From the sequence record NC_070958.1: 64,000 nt of DNA; one strand, given 5' to 3'. How positions within the stretch are numbered: the stretch's first letter is position 1; each line of letters opens with the position of its first letter. The notes beneath the pieces are model-generated. The model worked only from the letters and a program-made list of their open reading frames with translations. It had not been told where the DNA came from and made no database searches. Below, one piece after another: positions 1 to 8,850 of the stretch. The translations under genes and the position numbers were made by a program.

Positions 1-5
1 CAAAC

Positions 6-35
6 TAGAGGAAGGACCGAAAGGTCCTTCCTCTA
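6..35 (+). terminator. Stem-loop (13-bp stem, GAAA loop), probable intrinsic terminator upstream of terminase
   Basis: tagaggaaggacc-gaaa-ggtccttcctcta followed by A/T-rich tract. Confidence 0.7.
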
Positions 36-99
36 TATTTATGTCCTGTTCTGCCTGACTAGCTGAATCCTATGTATCCACTATAACAGGTATAACTTT

Positions 100-3000
100 A
101 TGTCTGATGAAAAGTTGGGTATCGCTAAACAGGTAATGTCTCATTTGGGAATAGAACCCGAGCAACTTCCCGAGTATATGTTCGACGATAAAACCAAGCG
201 AACCCCATTAACTAATTTGGACGAACGTGTTCTGTCTCATTATGACGAAGAGTCACTGTGGACAATGAAGACAGTTCGTTTCCTTAAAGACTTCTCTAGG
301 TTTAACGCAGGTGTTCACCTCGAGACGAATAACGCCACGTTCTTGCGTACCGCTGAGCTATTCAGGAACATGGGCATCAAGAACTATTACTTCCTTCTTC
401 AAATCAACAACCCTTTGTTGAAGGACGTTAACCCGTGGGATCCTGATCTCACAGACGAACAGAAACTGATGGTTCTTCAAGAAGCCCAGGAGAACGTTTG
501 GTATATCGTTCGTGAGCTGATCAAGATCGACGGTCGTCGTTTCCGTGCTAACCGTGCAGTCATCTCCTTTATATGGAGTTGTCTCAACCACCTTCCGACA
601 CTTATCTTGATGCCTCGTCAGAGTGGTAAGGATCAGGATGGTGAAACGGAAGTTCTCCGTCCAGATGGTAAATGGACAAAGATCAAAGATCTTAAAGTCG
701 GTGATGAGGTGTTGGCTCGTGACGGTACAATTGCCAACATAACAGGCTTCTACCCCCAGGGTGAGCAAGTCAGTTATGAGATCGAATTCATCGATGGTCG
801 TAAAACAAAAGCTGGCAGTGAACATCTCTGGACGATGTGGGATCCAAAGAAGAAGGGTTGGGTCGTCAGGGATACCGAGCACATTAAGGAACGTTTGGAT
901 AAGAATGAAGAAGGACTTTCCATTCCTCTCCCTCTTGAAGATCGCGTCACCAAGAACAAGGACTACGTTCTTCATCCTTATATCCAAGGTGTTTTGTTTA
1001 CGGCCGGTGATAAGTCTGGGCTAACATTCAAAACTGAAAAGAATGATGTCGTAGCCAGGGTTAAGAAACTCCTTACTCGTGGCTGGATCGTTACCAGTAA
1101 TGGTGATCAACACACCATTTCCATGAGAACTGATTACGACCCTACAGTTCATCGTAATGTCAAACAAGCGATGCGTGATTTCGGTATCGCGGATGTTTCC
1201 CCTAAAGACAGAGCAGTTCCGAAAGAGATCATGGAAGGTTCCCACCATGATCGCAAAATGTTCATTCGTGGCATCATGGATGTTGATGGCCATATCGAGC
1301 GTGGCGGCAGTGTCTATTACGCTAGTGCTGGTGAGAAACCATCTGAAACTGTACAACGGTTGTTCTGGTCTATTGGTGCCATTTGTAAGGTCACCAAACG
1401 CGGATACAAGGTTAACGGGGATGAACCTGGTGAACGTATCACTCGATACTCATATCGTCTCAGAGTGCGTTACACGGAGCCTGGTGAGTTGTTCCTTGTT
1501 GATGACCGGAGTTTGCTTGTATCGACGAGGGCTGTGCAATACAACAGCAAACTTTCCTTTAAATCTATCACCAAGGAAAAGAAGCTTAAACAAAGTTATT
1601 GTATCGAACTCGACCATCCTGAAAACTTATACATAACCGACAACTGGATTGTGACACACAACACAGTTGGGATGCAGGTAATGGCATTCATCATGCAGTA
1701 CCTCATCGGTCGTGGATTCAAGGCAGGTCTGATCACCCTTGCTGCATCAAACCGTATGCAGTTTGTTAACGCCATGAAGAAGATCCGTGCTGGTCTTCCT
1801 GAGTACTTGGTGAACGTCACCTATAAGGATAATGACGCCGGTAACATTTTGACCTATCAGGCGTACGGTGCTGAGAATAAGAATACATTCGAAGTCCGTG
1901 TACCTTCTGGTGGTGAAGATGGTGCTGAGAACGTGTCTCGTGGTAGTACGTTTGAAATGCTGCTCTATGACGAGCCGGCGTGGATGAAGTACATCGAAAA
2001 TATCATGAACGGTGCCGGTCCTTCTACGTTGACCGCTCAAAAGAACGCTAGAGAAAAGGGCATCCCTTACTTCACTGCCAAGGCTACAACGCCAAACAGT
2101 ATCCTGAAGGAAGAAGGGAAGTACATGTATGGTGAAATGAAGAAAGCGACAGAGTGGCGTGAAAACTTCTTTGACAGCTATTCTGAATCTCACTTGCTGC
2201 AACGTGTTACCAAGGCTTCACCCGTCAGTACGACCCAACCACATATCTGTATGCAGTTTAACCACCTTCAACTTGGTTTTGGTAAAGACTGGGTTAAGGA
2301 GACTATGGATAAGCTTTCGCTTTCCTGGTCTAAGGCAAAGATTGACTTGTTGATGATGTGGACCGAGGAAGGGAAGAACAAGGTATTCGATGATAAAGTT
2401 CGGGAGCAACTCGCAAACGTTAAACAGGAGCCTCTGTGGAACGAAGAAATTGCCAACACTGGTCTATTCATAGACTGGTATTACAGCAATGAGCGACTCA
2501 ATGAATTCTTCACCGATCCTACTGAATTCTTCTTGATGGGGATGGATACGTCCGATGCGGTAGACCGAGATGCGTGTACGTTGATTATACGGCGAATGAA
2601 GACTGGTGAGAACATTGGGATAGGTCGTTATCCCCGTGCGTTCCTGGACGACGTGACGACGGTTCTGAGGGAGATGATAGTGCGGATTGAAAACAGTCTG
2701 CTGATTATCGAACGTAACCGTGCAGTTGACATGATCGATAAGTTGCTTCTTACTCTTCCAGCTCTCGACATTGATCCTTTCAAACGTATCTTCAATGATG
2801 TCTATCAAGATCCCGTGAAGTTCCGTAACGAATGGAAGGATGTTCAGGAGGTTCATTTCAAGTACCGTACTAAAGAGTTCTATCTGAAATACAAGGAACG
2901 TTTTGGTTTCAGGACGGGACCCTCGACACGACGTCAAATGTACGACTTCCTTCATGAAGCGGTTAACTCCACTGGCGCTGGACTGCGTCACCCAATGCTT

Positions 3001-3441
3001 GCTGATGAACTTATCGGACTTGAAACAGATAACGACGGTCGCATTGACCACAGTAAAAAGGGTAACGATGACTTGGTCATCGCCTGGCTACTGACGTTCT
3101 GGTTCATTAAGTTGGGGTATAACAAATCTCTTTATGGAATACCTCCAGGTCAGACGCTTATTCAGCTGACGACATTGGTTAACGATCCCGATAAGGAAGG
3201 GTTTACCAAAGACCAACTTGAGTTGTTCATCAGAATCAAGGACCGTATTGAAGAACTCAGTAAAGAACTTGAAGACACCGATAACGATATTGTTGCCAGA
3301 CGCATAGAACTTGAGATTCGTAAGCTGGGTGAATACATCCCACGCGAACTCAGGAAGACTATCACGATTGATGAGATTCTTTCTAACGCTAGTAAAGAAC
3401 GGAACAAACGTGGTCTGGATAAACGATTCGGACGAGTATAA
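100..3441 (+). CDS. terL: Terminase large subunit (phiKZ gp25-like) containing an intein
   Basis: Walker A PRQSGK|T interrupted by intein; Walker B LLYDE; nuclease motifs GMDTS and HSKKGNDDLVIAW. Confidence 0.93.
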   Translation: MSDEKLGIAKQVMSHLGIEPEQLPEYMFDDKTKRTPLTNLDERVLSHYDEESLWTMKTVRFLKDFSRFNAGVHLETNNATFLRTAELFRNMGIKNYYFLLQINNPLLKDVNPWDPDLTDEQKLMVLQEAQENVWYIVRELIKIDGRRFRANRAVISFIWSCLNHLPTLILMPRQSGKDQDGETEVLRPDGKWTKIKDLKVGDEVLARDGTIANITGFYPQGEQVSYEIEFIDGRKTKAGSEHLWTMWDPKKKGWVVRDTEHIKERLDKNEEGLSIPLPLEDRVTKNKDYVLHPYIQGVLFTAGDKSGLTFKTEKNDVVARVKKLLTRGWIVTSNGDQHTISMRTDYDPTVHRNVKQAMRDFGIADVSPKDRAVPKEIMEGSHHDRKMFIRGIMDVDGHIERGGSVYYASAGEKPSETVQRLFWSIGAICKVTKRGYKVNGDEPGERITRYSYRLRVRYTEPGELFLVDDRSLLVSTRAVQYNSKLSFKSITKEKKLKQSYCIELDHPENLYITDNWIVTHNTVGMQVMAFIMQYLIGRGFKAGLITLAASNRMQFVNAMKKIRAGLPEYLVNVTYKDNDAGNILTYQAYGAENKNTFEVRVPSGGEDGAENVSRGSTFEMLLYDEPAWMKYIENIMNGAGPSTLTAQKNAREKGIPYFTAKATTPNSILKEEGKYMYGEMKKATEWRENFFDSYSESHLLQRVTKASPVSTTQPHICMQFNHLQLGFGKDWVKETMDKLSLSWSKAKIDLLMMWTEEGKNKVFDDKVREQLANVKQEPLWNEEIANTGLFIDWYYSNERLNEFFTDPTEFFLMGMDTSDAVDRDACTLIIRRMKTGENIGIGRYPRAFLDDVTTVLREMIVRIENSLLIIERNRAVDMIDKLLLTLPALDIDPFKRIFNDVYQDPVKFRNEWKDVQEVHFKYRTKEFYLKYKERFGFRTGPSTRRQMYDFLHEAVNSTGAGLRHPMLADELIGLETDNDGRIDHSKKGNDDLVIAWLLTFWFIKLGYNKSLYGIPPGQTLIQLTTLVNDPDKEGFTKDQLELFIRIKDRIEELSKELEDTDNDIVARRIELEIRKLGEYIPRELRKTITIDEILSNASKERNKRGLDKRFGRV
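631..1662 (+). mobile_element. Intein (344 aa) with LAGLIDADG endonuclease region, class-3 signature
   Basis: Begins DQDGETEVLRPDG after GK, ends IVTHN before Thr; block B EHLW, block F YCIEL; RGIMDVDG motif. Confidence 0.92.
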
Positions 3442-3448
3442 ACATAAG

Positions 3449-3481
3449 ACCCCTACCCCATCCTTTCGGAGGGGTAGGGGT
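3449..3481 (+). terminator. GC-rich stem-loop after terL
   Basis: acccctacccc...ggggtaggggt followed by ttt. Confidence 0.75.
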
Positions 3482-3590
3482 TTATGCACTTCATTTATTT
3501 CAAACCGATATTACTTAGTTGATAAGCCATGTCGGTTTATTGTCAGTTGTTACAGCAACTGACATCACCCTTCAACTCTAGGAGTACTAC

Positions 3591-3734
3591 ATGTGCACTA
3601 CGATCAAACTTAAACCTCAAAACGGCGGCCAGAAATCCGCTGAAGAGAGGCGTAACGAGATGAGACAATACGCTCAATCTCAATTTCCAGGAATGGTTGT
3701 AACCAAAGCGTACACACCCAGTCCTTCTGCATAA
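3591..3734 (+). CDS. Small hypothetical protein (47 aa), not in ORF track
   Basis: AGGAG upstream of ATG; MCTTIKLKPQNGGQKSAEERRNEMRQYAQSQFPGMVVTKAYTPSPSA; bracketed by stem-loops. Confidence 0.5.
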   Translation: MCTTIKLKPQNGGQKSAEERRNEMRQYAQSQFPGMVVTKAYTPSPSA

Positions 3735-3755
3735 TATAACTATTATGCGTAAATA

Positions 3756-3784
3756 AATACCCACCTCCAATGGAGGTGGGTATT
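3756..3784. terminator. Bidirectional stem-loop between convergent genes
   Basis: aatacccacctcc-aat-ggaggtgggtatt. Confidence 0.75.
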
Positions 3785-3803
3785 ACAACCAGATCTATTT
3801 TTT

Positions 3804-4496
3804 TTATGCAAAATACATTGCGGCTTTTGCTTGTTTCTGCATGTCGGTCATTTTGTTCCGTTTCTTGGTGATTGCGCATTTGGAACTCTTCTGGAGTTTC
3901 AGAATAGTTTCAACGTTGTGCTGATCTTCGGAAAGGATATGGACGACCGTGTCGGATGTTTCTTCGAGATACTTGAGTGCTTTCTTGTACTTGGTGCGAT
4001 AGCTCTCGAATACGGCTTTATCCAGGAACATGCGGTCCTTGGCATCAACTGGTCGACCACTGGCTTCTACATCGTTGAAACGTTTCACGAACGTCTCGTG
4101 AGTGATATCAACGAAGAAGATAATGTCGGGGTTGATGTTGTACCCGTAGGTTTGCAGCAGGCGACGGTTGTATTCCAATACTTCTACCATACTCACTGCG
4201 TCATCGGATTGATACACCATGGAAGACACCACGTTGCGATCAGAGATGACATCACGGCTATGGGAAAGGTACGGATGGATGACCTGCTTAAAAGCTTCAA
4301 CACGAGCTACTGCGTAACCCTGGATCTCTTCATCCTTGGTCAGCGTGTTGGATACCAGCTTTTCTTTCAGTGCTTTGAAGGACGGAGAACCGGTAAAGGG
4401 TTCCATCACTTGTTTGGCTTTGGTGTGCTTGGCGTGCGCATTTGCCAGTGTGGATTTACCTGCGAAATCCAGACCTTCATAGACTATGTAACTCAC
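3804..4496 (-). CDS. tmk: Thymidylate (dTMP) kinase
   Basis: P-loop EGLDFAGKST, MEPFT, ISDRNVVSSMVYQ, PDIIFFVDI. Confidence 0.92.
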   Translation of the reverse strand: MSYIVYEGLDFAGKSTLANAHAKHTKAKQVMEPFTGSPSFKALKEKLVSNTLTKDEEIQGYAVARVEAFKQVIHPYLSHSRDVISDRNVVSSMVYQSDDAVSMVEVLEYNRRLLQTYGYNINPDIIFFVDITHETFVKRFNDVEASGRPVDAKDRMFLDKAVFESYRTKYKKALKYLEETSDTVVHILSEDQHNVETILKLQKSSKCAITKKRNKMTDMQKQAKAAMYFA

Positions 4497-5989
4497 TTGT
4501 AATACTCCAGGGTTAAAGTTCGAATAACGATGTACAGCATCAGTGCTGTGCGGAGACTAGAGACTGTGTATTGAGTACGAATACCAGTCATAGCACGGAT
4601 GATTTCATCACCATTACGGCGAAGTTTGTGTAACAGGGCATTGGAAGACTTGTTGGATGTATAAGCACCACGCAGCTTATAAACCACGTTCTTCAAATCG
4701 GTGTGACGGATTGAGTTGGAAGAGAGATATTCAAAAAGATGTATGACGCAGTCGTCAACAAATTCTCGATAGTCTTCACCCTTCTTGTGATTGTACTGTG
4801 CGGGGAAATCACGAATGACCATCGTGAGTTTATCCTCGAACTGAGTACTGGTTCTCGAATCATCAACGGCACGTGCTGCGTAACCAACCAGTTCTTGCTT
4901 GTAGAAACTGGTTCCGTCGTTAACAACACCATTGATGTAGTTACGATACTTGTTTACGTGCTTTTGCACATCTTTGATATTGACTTCACCGTCCATCATG
5001 GCGAGTCCATTATCAGTCGCTACCAGGTCAACGTTATCTTTGATTTCATAGAGGACTTTGGTGTAATCGTTGATAACGCCTTTGAGTCGTGACTCCATGT
5101 CATTCACCATGTAAACAATGCGCTTGTCATCGTTCAACTTAGTGAATGTATCAAAGTGAATACCTGTCTTGGGATTGATAACGAATTCCCCACGAGCTTT
5201 GAAGAGTTCGTTCCAACTACCGAACCGCTTGATATCAAACTTCATGGAAAGTTTGTTGTACGCGGTTTGGGCAACACTGGGTTTAACCAGGTAACTGAAG
5301 TAGTGGTTCATGATGGAAGTCATGATCCGATAATGGAACAACATCACCAGGTTGATCAGTGCTTCGTCCTTCATATTCTTGGGAAGGTTAGAAACCCAGA
5401 CCTTGTGCATCAAGTAAACGATGGACAGGTTAAAAGCATCGGATGATACTTTAAAGTCTTTGTTTACCCAGCGAGTCCTGATCAATTCATCACGAAGTCT
5501 GACTTCGTCAACATCAATGATGTCAGAGAAGAAGTTGTTACGATCCGCTGTTTTGAAGACGATTCGGTGCGTCCCCAAATAAGGTGTTCCGAAGAACTCG
5601 GTGTGATCGTTATCTTTGGTGGCGAAACCGTAAACAAAGCGACGGAGTTTACTCACCCAACGCTGATCGATTACCAGGTCTTCCACGAGACCGTCAAAGA
5701 TGTCCTTGACTGCGTTATCTCGGTCATAGACAAAGTTAGGCGAAAGCGCTTCGAACCCTGTCATGTATTCGATGTTGTCGAGGTACGACTCCATACCACC
5801 GTACTGGGTGAGTCTGACTTCTGGACCAAACAAGGTCTCAGGTTCAAACTCTTCCATTCCTGTCAGGATTTGTTCGTCCTGACGCATGGCGCGCATCATC
5901 TGTTCGTAGTCACTCAGTTCCGTACCATCGGCATGCTGAGGACCTATCAGACGGAACTTAACTGCCCCGCCAGTGATACCATTGTACAT
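4493..5989 (-). CDS. Conserved phiKZ-like protein, probably virion head-associated
   Basis: 498-aa ORF; acidic N-terminus with three G-x-E motifs (GMEE, GMES, GFEA) resembling prohead-protease sites. Confidence 0.65.
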   Translation of the reverse strand: MYNGITGGAVKFRLIGPQHADGTELSDYEQMMRAMRQDEQILTGMEEFEPETLFGPEVRLTQYGGMESYLDNIEYMTGFEALSPNFVYDRDNAVKDIFDGLVEDLVIDQRWVSKLRRFVYGFATKDNDHTEFFGTPYLGTHRIVFKTADRNNFFSDIIDVDEVRLRDELIRTRWVNKDFKVSSDAFNLSIVYLMHKVWVSNLPKNMKDEALINLVMLFHYRIMTSIMNHYFSYLVKPSVAQTAYNKLSMKFDIKRFGSWNELFKARGEFVINPKTGIHFDTFTKLNDDKRIVYMVNDMESRLKGVINDYTKVLYEIKDNVDLVATDNGLAMMDGEVNIKDVQKHVNKYRNYINGVVNDGTSFYKQELVGYAARAVDDSRTSTQFEDKLTMVIRDFPAQYNHKKGEDYREFVDDCVIHLFEYLSSNSIRHTDLKNVVYKLRGAYTSNKSSNALLHKLRRNGDEIIRAMTGIRTQYTVSSLRTALMLYIVIRTLTLEYYK

Positions 5990-6006
5990 ATTCCTACCTA
6001 CTTTTA

Positions 6007-6855
6007 TTAGCGCTTACGAGGAACAAGCATACGGATCTGATCAGCCACCCCTTTGGGATCTGCATAAGCCAGATACTTCTTGATCTCATCCTCGAAGAAC
6101 ATACGGAATTCATTATGGGCGTCTGCGTAACCCTGGATGTCATCCTGGAGTTCGTTAACGCTCACACCAAACTTGGCAACAGCCTCTTGCATCCCTCGCC
6201 GACAGTTGCGGTAGATGTACGCCTTTGTGGCCAGTACACACAGGTATGCAAACTGATCGTACATTTTTGGTGGGATGATTGAGAAGTGCTCGTCGTAGCT
6301 AAGGATTACTTTAGCCAGCATGTTGAACAGTGCCGAACCTGCGTCACGGATAAGGAACGAGTTGTTACCCACCATGGTAAATGACGTGAATGTCCGCTGA
6401 ACGTTACTATCGTCCAAAGCAGAGATCATACGGTTTACCGCAGAGCCCATCGATCCGCCACCACCGCACTGAGGACCTGCAACCAGGTTATAACCGTTGC
6501 TTATCATGGAATTCAAATTACCAGGATAAACCTCGATCACTGAGAGGATGCGTCGACCACCAGTAAGGAAGTCAGGAACGTTGACGTGAACGATACCGCC
6601 TTCCAGGTTCTGTACTTGTGCAGAGCTCAGATCAATGGTGCTAGTTTCACCACCTGCAACGTTAAGAAGTGGAGCGACCATTTTCAGTATCACCTTTTCC
6701 CGGATACCTTGTTCAATAGAGAACTCGGTGTTGATCGGACCCCAGGAATGTCCGTACCCTTTATTAGGGTTGTCAAAGGCGATTTCCAACAAGTAAGGCG
6801 AAATGTCGTTAACGCCGTTTACCACGTTGTCGATCGCAAAATCGACCATATTCAT
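6007..6855 (-). CDS. Conserved phiKZ-like hypothetical/virion protein
   Basis: Start moved to ATG 6855 (GAGGG upstream); same strand and run as the previous gene. Confidence 0.7.
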   Translation of the reverse strand: MNMVDFAIDNVVNGVNDISPYLLEIAFDNPNKGYGHSWGPINTEFSIEQGIREKVILKMVAPLLNVAGGETSTIDLSSAQVQNLEGGIVHVNVPDFLTGGRRILSVIEVYPGNLNSMISNGYNLVAGPQCGGGGSMGSAVNRMISALDDSNVQRTFTSFTMVGNNSFLIRDAGSALFNMLAKVILSYDEHFSIIPPKMYDQFAYLCVLATKAYIYRNCRRGMQEAVAKFGVSVNELQDDIQGYADAHNEFRMFFEDEIKKYLAYADPKGVADQIRMLVPRKR

Positions 6856-6905
6856 GTTAAACCCTCTTGTCATTAGCTGAATACAAAAGATCGTTAAACG
6901 GCATA

Positions 6906-6938
6906 AACCCACTACCCCAACTAAGGAGGTAGTGAGTT
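6906..6938 (-). terminator. Stem-loop between membrane protein gene and next gene
   Basis: aacccactacc...ggtagtgagtt. Confidence 0.6.
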
Positions 6939-6958
6939 CATAATATTTGACCTTACGA

Positions 6959-7417
6959 TTACGAGAAGTCTCGGATTTCTTCCCATGCTTTACCGTACTT
7001 ATTCAGTACGTAGTTGATGTAGAAAACACCGAAGAGGAAAGTGAGTATGGGGTTCACCTTGACCTCACCTTCGCCACCTGTTTTACCCAGGTTCAGTATA
7101 GCCCGGCGGGCACTGAATGCAAAGATAATCATGGCGATGCAGTACATCAGGGATACGATCATCCCAAGGACCATCATGATCCTGGAGAACTCATCAGCTT
7201 CGCCGAGACCGGTCATCCAGGTAGAGATCCCATAGAACGCTGCTGCGGTGTACAGGAACGCGCCTGAGAGCACTCGTTCATTACTCTGTTCACTTACGTG
7301 AGACTGGAGCTTGTACGCCCACATGAGGTTGTACGCACCCAGAGAGACGACAGAGAGAAAGACCATCAACCAGGTGCTGATCTTCATACGGGTTTGGATC
7401 ATAGAAATCATGAACAT
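6959..7417 (-). CDS. Integral membrane protein (3-4 TM helices)
   Basis: Hydrophobic segments; C-terminal VNPILTFLFGVFYINYVLNK; AAGGA upstream. Confidence 0.8.
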   Translation of the reverse strand: MFMISMIQTRMKISTWLMVFLSVVSLGAYNLMWAYKLQSHVSEQSNERVLSGAFLYTAAAFYGISTWMTGLGEADEFSRIMMVLGMIVSLMYCIAMIIFAFSARRAILNLGKTGGEGEVKVNPILTFLFGVFYINYVLNKYGKAWEEIRDFS

Positions 7418-7488
7418 TTCATTTCCTTAAAAGTTAGTAAGTTGCAATATATTAACCTTTGGGTAATTTTTAATAGGACATAATAAAA

Positions 7489-7520
7489 GCCTCTACTCTC
7501 CGGTTAGGGAGAGTAGAGGC
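7489..7520 (-). terminator. Intrinsic terminator closing the RNA island
   Basis: Minus strand GCCUCUACUCUC-loop-GAGAGUAGAGGC then UUUUAUU. Confidence 0.85.
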
Positions 7521-8385
7521 GATTACTGACGTGTACTACCTTCCCATTACTCACTCACTTCCCGATTATAGATCCGGCCAAAGACCTTATCGGGATCAAG
7601 AGAGTAATAGGCTGATAGCAAGTACGTGAGGGGTTCCAAACGGAAACCGTCACTTCTACCAACTTCCATGCAGAGCAAGCATGGCGGACCGTTCGACTTC
7701 GTTATTAAGGTGCTCTCTGAAGTATAGTCCCCTCAGCTACCCGCCGCGGCCTCAGCCGGGGGTTTTTGCTAAGGGCATCAGCCTTATATAACGTCGTCAC
7801 TGTACTGGCACTAACGAATAGAACCATCGGCGCACGGTTAGGGTACCTACGTGACTCGCGTCCGTTGGGACGGGAGATGGAACTTCCTTATAAAGGAAGA
7901 AAGGGTTTTGAACCCAGGATGCCCTGATCCATTGTAATAGACCATCGCTTCACTCCTTTCATTAGAACCTAGCATGCCTTTTCGGCCAAAATGGTTCATC
8001 AGAGTTACTGTATATGGGAACTGTTCCGTGGGTTCAAAAAGGTATCCCGGACAATGACTAAGTAACCACACTCCACCCCATCAGCGCAAGCTAATGTAAG
8101 GTACGTCACTATCCAGGGAATAGGGCCGAGAACACGCTGTCTTTTAGAAGGATCGCTTTTGAGTGGTAAGTTCACTCATCTACTGCCAACCGACTTCCCC
8201 GTAGGGCTTCGTCTTAACTAACGTGTCTCGGTGATTCGTACTAGTATCTATCTGGTATGTTTGACACCTTGGGTATCATGGCAAACAGCCTAGGATTAAC
8301 CTATGTACAAATATAGTTGAGAGTGTAAGTAAGAAACACGGTAACAGGAGGCGGAGAAACCGTATGAATACACTTACACCCTCAA
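7521..8385 (-). ncRNA. Candidate large structured ncRNA (~850 nt), family not identified
   Basis: No credible ORF; many helices including a 10-bp perfect long-range pair (7906-7915/8030-8039) and a UACG tetraloop; downstream of tRNAs, ends at terminator. Confidence 0.65.
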
Positions 8386-8387
8386 AG

Positions 8388-8465
8388 GGTGAGAACTCCT
8401 GGAATCGAACCAGGGCAATCCCGCGATGGGTTGTGCGGGCGACTTTCCTTTCGTCTTCAGTTCTC
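8388..8465 (-). ncRNA. tRNA-like element with aberrant anticodon arm (pseudo-tRNA)
   Basis: Acceptor GAGAACU/AGUUCUC, T-arm CCUGG-UUCGAUU-CCAGG, D-arm GAC-GAAAGGAAA-GUC, stem CCCGC/GCGGG with 10-nt loop ACAACCCAUC; ends ACC(C). Confidence 0.7.
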
Positions 8466-8467
8466 GT

Positions 8468-8731
8468 TTACAGTTCGATGTCGAAAGACATCACTTCTTG
8501 TTCTTCAGTCAACCTGGCGTTGAGATCGTCAAAGCCACCAACGTGTTCATCGTCCAGGAAGATCTGGGGAACTGTTGTGACTTGTCGACCACACAATTGA
8601 CTGAGTTGTGTTGTGTCGATTCCGGAAGACTTGATATCGACATATTCGAACGCGATACCTTTATCTTCGAGAAGCTCTTTTGCCTTTACACAGTAAGGGC
8701 AATTATCCTTTCCATAAACTTTGGCTTTCAT
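8468..8731 (-). CDS. grx: Glutaredoxin
   Basis: CPYC active site, TVPQIF, HVGGFDDL. Confidence 0.95.
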   Translation of the reverse strand: MKAKVYGKDNCPYCVKAKELLEDKGIAFEYVDIKSSGIDTTQLSQLCGRQVTTVPQIFLDDEHVGGFDDLNARLTEEQEVMSFDIEL

Positions 8732-8754
8732 GGTGTTTCTCTACGGACTTAAAA

Positions 8755-8830
8755 TGGCAGGCAAGCAAGGATTCGAACCTTGGACATCTGGTTTTGGAGA
8801 CCAGCGCTCTACCAACTGAGCTACTCACCT
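8755..8830 (-). tRNA. trnW: tRNA-Trp(CCA)
   Basis: AGGTGAGTAGCTCAGTTGGTAGAGCGCTGGTCTCCAAAACCAG...GTTCGAATC...GCCA; full cloverleaf with encoded CCA. Confidence 0.97.
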
Positions 8831-8850
8831 GTAATACGAATTCACATTAC

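Noticed and set aside
7690-7735. Group I intron-like GACUAUAC ... AAGUC
   Set aside because: Spacing is too short for P3/P8, there is no canonical S element, and no interrupted host gene.
7740-8450. RNase P-like words (AGGAAAGUC near 8440; CAAAAACCCCCGGCUGA near 7760)
   Set aside because: The two segments cannot form the P4 helix, and the first is better explained as the D-arm of the tRNA-like element.
8388-8465. tmRNA or permuted tmRNA
   Set aside because: No G3-U70 alanine determinant and no tag reading frame between the arms.
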